This document shows positions 40,889 through 64,000 of a DNA stretch of 64,000 nt, piece after piece (position 1 is the stretch's first letter; each line of letters opens with the position of its first letter). The notes beneath the pieces are model-generated. The model ran no database searches, was not told the DNA's origin, and saw only the letters and a program-made list of their open reading frames with translations. Source of the stretch: Lytechinus pictus. Lineage: Eukaryota. The stretch is from positions 36,706,001-36,770,000 of the forward strand of contig NC_087251.1 of the NCBI RefSeq assembly GCF_037042905.1. Reading direction: 5' to 3'. The translations under genes and the position numbers were made by a program.

Positions 40889-43800
40889 GGCCCGTATTCT
40901 GATAGCGTGGTTTAACTTAACCCTGGTCTAAGTGTGGTAATAAACTGCCATATTTAAACCTAGGTTTAAGTTTCGTATTCCGATAGCAAGGTTTAAGTTA
41001 ACCCTGGTCTAAGTGTGGTAATAAATCCTCAAAAAGTTAAACTCGCGCAGGGGGTAGTTTAAGCCTGGTTTAAATCCAACAAATCATGGCCAACAATTTT
41101 TTAGAATTTATGCCTATATTGCATTACAAGCTACTTTCTCAGTTTTTAACCGATTTTCATGAAATTTGGAACACACATTGTTCTCAAGGTAAGGAAGTGT
41201 AAGAAGTTTTTTTTTCCTTTTTTGGAGATTGTGTTGCCATGGTAACAGTATATTGTGGCCAAAATTTTGCCGTTTAAAATACTTTCATCAGTTTTCTACC
41301 AATTCTCAAGAAAGTTGGCTCACACATTGATTTTGAGGTAAAGATGTGCAAGACACATTTTTTAATGTGTCAGAAATTGTGTTGCCATGGTAACGGTATA
41401 TTATGGCAAAAGCTATGTATAAATCTTGCTGTTCCAACTACTTCCTCAGTTTTTAACCAATTCTCATGAAATTTGGCACATACATTAGTCTTATTGTGAA
41501 GATGTGCAAAATGTATTCTATGCCTAAAGTATATAATTGCGTTGCCATGGTAACAACATATTAAATATCGAAAATTAGGTGAAAACTTGTGGTTTTTATT
41601 ACTTTAGAATTTTTAAACCATTTCTTATGATATTTGGCACAGACTTTAGTCTTTAGGTGAAAATGTGCAAGACACATTTTTGCATATGTCAGAAATTGTG
41701 TTGCCATGGTAACGGTATATTATGGCAAAACTTATGTAAAAATCTTGCAATTCCAACTACTTCCCCAGTTTTAACCAATTCTCATGAAATGTGGCACAAA
41801 CATTAGTCTTGATGTGAAGATGTGCAAAATATATATTTATGACTTTATAAAAAAATCATGTTGCCATGGTAACAAATCAAATATCAAAGATGAAAATTTA
41901 GTGATTTGACCTATTTTATCAGTTTCCAAGTGGTCAATTCTATAAAAAAAAAAAGTAGCACATACATTTATGTTGAGGTGAAGATGTCTAATATATATTT
42001 TTGTCTGTATCAGAAATCGTGTTGCCATGGTAACAACATATTACATAATGAATTAGGTGAAAATCTGAACTCCTTCATTAGTTTACAACCAGTTCTTATA
42101 AAAGTTGGCTCACACATTGGTTTTGAGGTATAGTTCTGCAAGACATATATTTGTATACATGTGTTGGAAACTGTGTTGCCATGGTGACAGCATATTAAAT
42201 CAATAAATGTGTAAGCACATCTAATGGATTGAATTACTTCTTCATTTTATGACATAGGCCTATGCTCATGAAATTTAGTACACTAGGTTTTGACTTGAGG
42301 TAAAATAATCTGCAAGGCCCATTTTCTCATTCATCAAAATATGTGTTTGTATGGTAACTACACACACCAAAATAAGATTAAGACAATGCTAACTGTTGTT
42401 TGGCTAAAAAGAGAACTACATAGTAGTTTAGTACATGTAGCTGTAGGCTTAGTACTAGTTTTAAGGGGGTGCTAGACCTCTAGATCTCGAACTACAGTCC
42501 ATAGCTGTAGATCTAGTAATAGAAATAATCCAACAGATCTGTAGCCTACTTCATTTAAAGGCCTAGTAAAGTTAGATGAGTAGATCTACTGTAGACTAGC
42601 CTACATTTACTTTTTTTTTAGAATCTACATTGAGCATGTTGAGAGTCTACAAACCTCTAGATCTAGACCTATTACATGTAGACCTAGATTGATATAGATC
42701 TAGTTCTAGGTCTAGATAGGGTCTAACTTTTAGTCTAAGTTATTTAGTCTACTAGATCTAGGCCAGCGTTAGACATTCTAGATCATACAGTAGACTAGAT
42801 CAGCCAGTCCTAATGTTAGGGCTACCGGCTAGGCTAGAAATAGAATCTAGAAAGAATAGATAGCACAGACAAACGTTAGGCCAAGATCTAAATTCTTACA
42901 TAAATCTAGGCCAGGCCTAGTCTAGTCAAGAATGAGCTGTTGGTCTAGGTTCAGGCCTGTTTTCTAGTCCTGGATCTGGAAACCTAAACGAGTCCCAAAA
43001 AATGTTTAAAATTAAATAAAAAACTCTTCAAAGAAACAGATATGGACCTAAAACCGGAGTAGAGAGATGTCTAGGACTAATTCTAAATTTAGCCAGGCCT
43101 AGTTACTTGGCAAGCAATGCAGCGATAGTTGGATCTAACAGTAACACTGTAGGCCTAATGTAGACAGGAATAACCTTTGTTTCTGGGGATTTATTTTAAA
43201 AATTCTGACATTTTACTGTCGTATCACATTGCCTTGGTGAGAGAGGCCAACATAGACTGTCATAGTTCAGCGAGCAACCAATAGTAATACAGAGACTGTT
43301 CAAAGCTTTTTGTCTAAGTAAGAGTATCAGATCTATCCACTAGATCTAAGGTTAGAATAATCTGTATAGGCCTAGGCCTATCTAAGTTAGTAATAGTATG
43401 ATCCCTGTCCCAGACCCGGTCCCAGAGACTGTTCAAAGCTTTTTGTCTAAGACAAATCAGATCTAGGCCCTATTCGTATTCCACTAAGTTTGTTAGATCT
43501 AACTCTAAGGTTAGAATAATAATCTATATCTATCCCTGTCCCTAAGCTAAGCCAGCCTAAGTCCTGAATGTTGTTCTAGGCCTAGACCAATATGTATCTT
43601 CAGTCTCGGTTGCTCCACTAACTCACTAGACTACGTATCGTAGACACGTTTTGCTTCAGGAAAGTAAAAGTAAAACAGTCAAAACAATGTTCAATTCTCC
43701 TCCAAACAATTGGGCCTAGGCTAGATCGAACTATAGGCCTAATGTCAGACCCAAGACTACTCTCAAAAGTTGAAAGTTGAAATGTTTTAGTAATTAACAA

Positions 43801-44181
43801 AAATAAAGAAAAACTTAAAGAAAATTTCTTACCATATATGGGTGATGAATGATTTTCTTTCACTACAATAGTTGTAATTAGTTTCCATAAAATCCAAATT
43901 TTTAAGAAAAAACAACTTTAGTAACATTTTTTCAACTTTGTTGCAATCATCCCTGCAGCAGTAATTTACCAAAAAGGTGCTAGTCTTGGTTAAAAGAGGG
44001 TTATTATTTCCAAAAATAATTTAAAACCCGGGTTTAACCCAGGTTTAGTTAAACCCGGCTATCAGAATACCAAAATAATTAAACTACACTTAGACCAGAG
44101 GTGAGGTTTAGAGGAGGTTTAGTTAAACCAGGGTTAACTTTAGACTAGGGTTAAATTAAACCTGCTATCAGAATACGGGCC
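40889..44181. mobile_element. 3.3-kb non-autonomous TIR DNA transposon, probably PIF/Harbinger-related
   Basis: Perfect 18-bp TIR GGCCCGTATTCTGATAGC...GCTATCAGAATACGGGCC extending imperfectly inward; ATT on both sides (40886-40888, 44182-44184) consistent with a 3-bp TSD; second internal TIR-like copies near 40975 and 44051-44070; no transposase ORF. Confidence 0.85.
41130..42370. repeat. Diverged ~150-160-bp tandem repeat (about 8 units) inside the transposon
   Basis: GTTGCCATGGTAAC core recurs near 41233, 41381, 41542, 41700, 41861, 42022, 42175 (GTGAC variant) and degenerate ~42348, with shared TCATGAAATTTGGCACA and AAGATGTGCAA blocks. Confidence 0.85.
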
Positions 44182-46511
44182 ATTGGGTTTACTACAATAC
44201 CGCACACTCCTCGCTCAGAATCAGACCCTAAACACGTAGTGTTGGGGCAAAAAGTACATCCTTTATAAAGTATTTGAGTCTTTTTATACCCTCGCAAATT
44301 GGACCGTAAACACCGTTTTCTAAATATATACCCTTTAAAAGATTATTTCAGTGTTTTTGACACCCTTATTACGTTACGTATGTAACATGCCCTATCTTGA
44401 AAAAGAGATCCTTTTACATGTTTTTTGGTCACATGTTTGTGACATATTTTTTTATATTGAATTGGGGATTTGTGAGGTGTCAAGTTAAAAAAAAAACTCA
44501 CACAGGGTATATCCTTTTATTTCTTGGTTGTGAAACTTTTGTTGGGAGGGGGGACCCCCATTTCAACCAAGCAATCTTCAAAGAAGTAGGATAAAGCAAA
44601 TTTTATATCTTAGCCTAATAAAATCTAGCCAGCATGAATTGACGTGAAAAAGAAAATGTGAGTAAAATGATGAAATGAATACAAAGAAATAACCAATATT
44701 AATCTATAGTTGGTAATTAAATCATTATCCTATACTTATATTCCCTATCACAGGAAAAGTGAGAAAAATCACTATAAATTGAAACAAGGAGACACAAAGA
44801 ACAACAGAAAAATATATAAATCTTCATTGAAAGTGATGTAATAACATTTACCAAACAACTTGGTAAATTTAATTTGCTATATATAATATGAACAAATGAG
44901 GAACACTCTCAAATATGATAAATACATGCAGATCCATTAAGAAAAGACATAGACAATGCTGCTTTAATTACAACAGTAGTTGCATTAGAACTGACATATA
45001 TAAGCCTAACCCTCTTTCATCATTATACAAGTTTTCCAAACATTTATACTGATATATTTTGGTGTTAACTTATCATATTAAAGAATCTTTCTGATAGGAA
45101 ATACATGAATAAAACTACTAATATTAAGCTGTACAATACAACCATAAAAAAGTCCCTAAGTAGACTGTGGTATCAATAATACTAGATTCCTATTCCTCCC
45201 AATTTCATCTTTCAAAATAATGACAAAAATGCTATTTTGTGAACTGAATATGCCCTTCTCATTTGCTTTACCCGACATAACAATTAATGAAAACTGTGGA
45301 TGGTAGTATTTGCAGCAACAAAGGGTACAAAGCTTGGATATACATCTGTGACAAAATTAAACTAACATTTTAGCATAAACATAAACCCCTTGTCTTGTAT
45401 TCATAAAGACACACTTAGATAAACTGGGGTTTATTCAGTTTAATTACTGATAGCAAAACGTGATACAAATTTCTTGCAGTACATTTTTATTTGTTAAACT
45501 TTTGGGTACTAAAATCATGCAGATGAATTGTTTGGAAATGAGCAATTGACTACTTTTCTTGACAGATAAATCATAAATCTGAAAGTCCAGTTGACATGAA
45601 ATATTCAATGAGCAATTTCTCACATTTGACTATCACTAGTACTACCATATTTGAAAAAAACATACTTCTTCCAACATAGTGAGTAGAGACCTTTGAAATT
45701 TACAATTGATATGTTAACATAGCAGTTCACCCAATTTTCATTTCCTATTCAGTTGCCAAGAGAGTTTTTTGTTTTATAACTTTATCTAATTTTTCTGATT
45801 CCTTGTGTTAACATGATTCATATCCGATTAAAATCATTTCACTTCATGATCTCAATTCAATTCAAATTCTACATTTCTGTTGAATAATATTTTACTAAAT
45901 CTCAACAATTCCTTGTAAGTATTGCATTATGAATATGAACCTGCCGATAAGTATCAGGTCTGTATAATATATTAAATACTGTATATATGATTGTATATAC
46001 CATGTAAACTGAATGAAGTTCATCTTTTTGGCTGCTATTTTCAGTGTATATTTGAAATACGCCATTAAATAATAATCAAAATAATAACTTATGTCATGGT
46101 CTAACTCTGTGCTAAATTGATGGAAATCCCATGTCTTACATTGTACATTTCTTGTGTTTCCTATGCTCTTTCCTCATGCTTTTGACAGCAAAGACAATTT
46201 TTTTAGTTGTTCTGTACAGGCAATCATGAATGATTTTGTGTCAAATGAGCCAATAAGTTGTGGTTTGTGTCAAAGTTGGCAATCCAGAGTTAAACCACAA
46301 CTTTAGACCAGAACTTTGATTAAAACAGAGTTCAGTACACAGGCCAAAATATTTCCTGGCTTAATTTTCACACGTGTAACGGTCACCTGGGCCTTTTTAT
46401 AAGATAGAGCTAATTTTTATTTTGATATAATTATCTTTATCAATTCGGTTAATCATAGAAATTAACATGCAATCAATTTCTAGGCTTTATGATATGGGTC
46501 CCTGATTGGTT

Positions 46512-46926
46512 CAGGGCCCAGTTTTACAAAAAGTTGCGATTGATCCCATCAATCACAAATATGGAAAGCCAGCAACGTCAACATCTAAAATACATGTTTG
46601 TTTAGAATATTTCCTAGATTTGTTGTATATTCATATTTTTCTTAAAAATTCAGTGTGCTTCTCTTTGTTTACAAAGGACATCGTGCACATTTTCTGAAGA
46701 AAAAATTATGACATTGATTGATTTCCATATACTTGATGTTGATCTGGGGCCCGTTGCAGAAAGAGTTGCGTTTAAACGCAAGCCAAAAAATCAATCGCAA
46801 GTCGCAAATGCGCGCTGTTGATTGGTTGAAATCAAGTTGCGCATGATTTTTAGAGTTGCGATTGATTGCAACTCTTTCTGCAACGGGCCCCAGATCAATT
46901 GTTACTCTTTATATAATGGGAACCAG
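46512..46926. mobile_element. Degenerate MITE-like element hosting a younger MITE
   Basis: Left end CAGGGCCCAGTTTTACAAAAAGTTGCGATTGATC matches imperfectly the inverted right end GATCAATTGTTACTCTTTATATAATGGGAACCAG. Confidence 0.5.
46744..46893. mobile_element. MITE, ~150 bp
   Basis: Perfect terminal inverted repeat CTGGGGCCCGTTGCAGAAAGAGTTGC...GCAACTCTTTCTGCAACGGGCCCCAG. Confidence 0.85.
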
Positions 46927-46933
46927 GTGTTAA

Positions 46934-47070
46934 GGGAACTGTAACACAAAGCTTGGTGTTGGATCACAGAATAAATTTTTACGATTGATTGCATTGACCA
47001 CAATGTATATACAGTCAACCTTAAAAAATCACATAAATGAATAGTTGCTTTTAGTCTTTGTGTTACAGGA
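46934..47070. mobile_element. Degenerate MITE, same family as 58343-58467
   Basis: CTGTAACACAAAG...CTTTGTGTTACAG inverted ends; internal GATTGATTGCATTGACCACAATGTA resembles CATTGATTCCATAGACTACAATGTA at ~58390. Confidence 0.65.
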
Positions 47071-47131
47071 CAGAAATTCCGAACCATTGCCCTTCTCCAT
47101 CTTTATTTGTCTGCAAATCTGATGACGTTAA

Positions 47132-47293
47132 TACCTTGGTCACATTTGCTCTACGGCGGCCGTACGGCGAGTCGAAAACAGCCGTTTTATCAATTTAATT
47201 CAAACCACCCATTATGTAGCTTGTACACAAAATGTTACAACGGCTGTTTTCGACTTGCCGTACGGCCGCCGTAGAGCAAATGTGACCGATGTA
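47132..47293. mobile_element. PIF/Harbinger (Tourist-like) MITE, 162 bp
   Basis: ~55-bp near-perfect TIR (GGTCACATTTGCTCTACGGCGGCCGTACGGCGAGTCGAAAACAGCCGTT / AACGGCTGTTTTCGACTTGCCGTACGGCCGCCGTAGAGCAAATGTGACC); TAA on both sides (47129-47131, 47294-47296). Confidence 0.88.
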
Positions 47294-50095
47294 TAACCGG
47301 TATTCAATAAATGATGCAAAGTTCATAATATGTCTTCATACATTAATATCTTCATGTGCAATAACAGTGCTCAGTTTTGAAAATAATGTCCAATCAATCT
47401 CGGTTACAGGTGGTAAGTGAGTGCAGCTACATGTATAAGCGTAGCTCTAAAATAAAATGAATTGTCAAATTTAATGACTTAATATAATAATTCATATGAT
47501 GATAAGCAACATATGAAGAAGCCTATAATAATCTTAATGTGAAACTTCAAACAGCACAAAAAAAAGAAAAGAAATTATTGTTAAGTAGGCATATAATACT
47601 GCTTAAAATTTGGTGACATAAATGAAACATACGAGCAGCCCTTCCCATATTAAACACAAACTTGTTACTTACAAACATTCCTTCACAAATATAGGTTTAA
47701 TATACATGTATATCAAAACGAAAGGTCCTGTAATTAACTATGGCTGTTAATAATCTAAATATCTTTTAATTATAAATTGCACTGAATTCTGCCATATCGG
47801 CACCATTTTTGAAGTTAGTTTTAAACTCTCACCATCACCATTTTTAAAATTAGTTTTAACCTCTCACCATCACTCATAAGCAAATTGTGGATGACATGTA
47901 ATTAGAATTGAATAACGAAAGTATCGATGTGTAACCAACATGTAACTGAAATAACCATGAAAGAAAATACATATTAAAATCAATTCACTTTAAGGAAGAA
48001 GTAAAGCCTTAAAACATACAGGATTACATGCAATTATCAATTTAAACTTAATCAAACCAATAACAATCCTTACAAAAAGAAAAAGAAGTTGGCAAAATAA
48101 TAAATCAAATTAAGCATGCAGAGAGAGAATGTGGGACGGTATCCATTTTTTCGAAAGTCAATCAATAATTAACTTCTGCATTTTACAAGCAAATATCTAC
48201 TTTAACTTTACTATAAGCATAATATACATCTCATTTGTAATTCTTGACATCACAGAAAAAATAGAGCTTTCATTTCAGATACCTAGATGCATTCATAACC
48301 TGAACAGAATCGAGCAATAGCCACACACTTCGCTTCATATGACAACCTAGATTTTGAAATATCATTTACACTTCTAATCATGCAAAGTCTGCATTTCGTT
48401 GGTACAACAACATGCATGAGTGATGAATAATGAATAATAAAGCTAAGAAATTAATATTTCCTCATCTAAATGTGATAACTGATATTTCCAGGACAAGTAT
48501 TTGATGATTTAATTTAACAAGTAATCTAAAATGAACAAAAGTACATTCATCATACCCTGTTGACAGGTAAATGTAGAACAAATACATGTACATGCAATTC
48601 AATGGATCTTATGTATAAACCTCTTGGAACAACAAAAAAAAAATCTGTATCGTAACAAACCTGAAATGAAAGAAATCAACTCTCTTGATTTTCATTCACA
48701 ATTCTAAGAATTAGAATTAACAAAAATAAGTACACGCGTATGATGAGTAGAATCTGCAGTATTCTAAAACATCTTCTGTTGACTTTTCTATATCTATACA
48801 TTTACACGCATCTTGTACTGATCAAATTCAATATTTCGAAGCATATAGAACGTATTAGATTCTATTAAATCCATATAAACTAAATCATACACTATCTTGA
48901 TTTCTTTACCGTCAACAAAGTTTCTGTCAAAAGTTTTCCTCAGGTACATACATGAAATTCAGTATCTTGTACACACACTTGAAATTGTCAATCTTTGCAT
49001 AATGAAGACATGTTGTGCAAAATTATTTTCCTTATATCATGGATTTAAGCACTGTTATACAAACAGGCAAATGTATACATTAAACATGAAGTTTACAAAT
49101 GAATTCTAACATTTAAAGTTAAATAGGATTATTATAGTTTTGTTGTAGTTAACAGAAGGCCCCATTTGAATATGCCTGACATAAACAAAATGACTTTAAT
49201 GTCGATTCAAATTTTGAAGGTATTCAGTGAACTTGTGATCTCAAATTTCAATCTAAATCACATTTCTAATCATATCATAATCATTTTCTTAATCTAAAAA
49301 TGTAACTCTTTGAGACAACGCACCCACCTTAACATATATTTTGTTCATGGGCAAGCAGGCAGTCACTCATAATTTCATTCTATTGGTTTTATACTTGTTA
49401 ACTAAATCTCAACATCGCATACTGTACAAATCTAATTCTTATTTGAATAAAACAATGTCTTTGTTGGCACGTTCGATTCTATTTAGATATCATTTTAATA
49501 TTACTATGCCTAGTTTTATACATGTAATAATTATCTACATATATGTTTTATTAATCAAGATATACTATCTATATCAAGACCTACTTATACAAAATGTACA
49601 AAAAGACATCATCTATGGTACACGCTAAATCTCAAACAAGGAAAGATCGATCGATAACAGTTACAGACACATGTACCACTGACAAGTATTTTGAGTAATA
49701 CTGATGCTACTGTGGCGATTGAAAGATTTGAATGAATGCAATATATATCTCAATCCTTTGTTTGAATAAAATCACAAATACCGCTGAAGTCCTATCTCCG
49801 ACAGTTAAAGATGGAAAATGAAAATATCTGAAGCTTCAAGAGTCATGTGGGATGCTGTTTCCATGGTAAAATGATAGCATAACAAATCTCCTGTCAAAAT
49901 TTGATGATTTACTTATAACCCATGTTCAATCCATATCAAGAATTCAGTAACCATGGAGGAGGTTGTCATGGTAACCAAGAGAGTTTTGGCAACTACATGT
50001 TTTGCCATTTGATGAGAGGAGATGCGCCTCCTAGTTTTCTGCTGACCTTTGCATTGATGAGGTTGCAATGGTAACCAAGAGTGTTGTCATAGTAA

Positions 50096-63505
<13,410 letters not shown>

Positions 63506-63658
63506 CTAAAACAAAAAGAACAAATAATATTAGTTAAAGGGTGTCTCCTTTGCATGTAAAAAAATCTTGAGTTGCCATCTGCAAAAGATAAAAGTGGGCA
63601 TATAACAGTAACATGACATTATATTTTACTGTAAACATGTCTTGAAATAAAACGCATT

Positions 63659-63939
63659 GGACCGTATTCTGAAGTTCAATTTAACTTACGCCATGGTTTA
63701 ATTCAATGTTAAACTTATGGGAAGCCAAAAATGTAAAGTTTTGTTTACACTGTATGTTTCTTTGGTTTACTGTGTTCTTTCCCCATGCTTTATTAACAGA
63801 CATACATGTATGAATCGAGTGTAAAAAAGAGGTAATATATCGGACCTTTACTATTAGAAACATGTGTCGCAATTGACTATCAATAGTTATACCACATTAG
63901 GCCAGAGTTTACATCAAACCGAGGTTTAGAATGCGAGCC
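63659..63939. mobile_element. Degenerate ~280-bp MITE with ends resembling the 40889-44181 element
   Basis: ATT|GGACCGTATTCTGA...AGAATGCGAGCC|AGT; compare GGCCCGTATTCTGA...AGAATACGGGCC. Confidence 0.55.
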
Positions 63940-64000
63940 AGTTAATTTGTTGTTGGGATTCATGTAATTCAACAGACAAATAAAATACTGCAACAATTGG

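Larger units (their letters stand above)
40608..44465. mobile_element. Probable older interspersed repeat split by the 40889-44181 insertion
   Basis: Starts with G-run + CACTTCCATTGACGAGTGGATACC; both flanks of the inner element (40608-40888 and 44182-~44465) carry recurring (G/C/T)ACCC(C)T(T)AA(A)C-type motifs. Right end is degenerate and approximate. Confidence 0.45.

Overview
Eukaryotic (animal) genomic DNA; the repeat landscape looks like a marine invertebrate, possibly an echinoderm (inference). Bases 1 to ~39,870 are one uninterrupted head-to-tail satellite array (186-bp consensus monomer, one BamHI site in most units, roughly 215 copies) with two differently organised higher-order-repeat domains. 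All ORFs listed there are artefacts of the repeat. After an abrupt edge come nested non-autonomous DNA transposons/MITEs and AT-rich sequence. From 63,505 down to 50,096 on the minus strand lie the last 11 coding exons of a UBR1/UBR2-type N-recognin E3 ubiquitin ligase (1,289 nt, ~428 aa, all GT-AG, phases consistent); the gene starts beyond the right edge. The most unusual structure is inside one intron: the 3' half of an exon plus its splice donor has been amplified into ten 168-bp tandem copies. In seven copies an acceptor-like site defines a 108-nt phase-symmetric candidate cassette exon (four open in frame, three with an in-frame TAA). There is also a candidate 61-nt poison exon, a duplicated C-terminus/stop segment, and a 1.2-kb (CAT)n tract filling another intron. 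No prokaryotic genes, CRISPR arrays, tRNA or rRNA genes were found.
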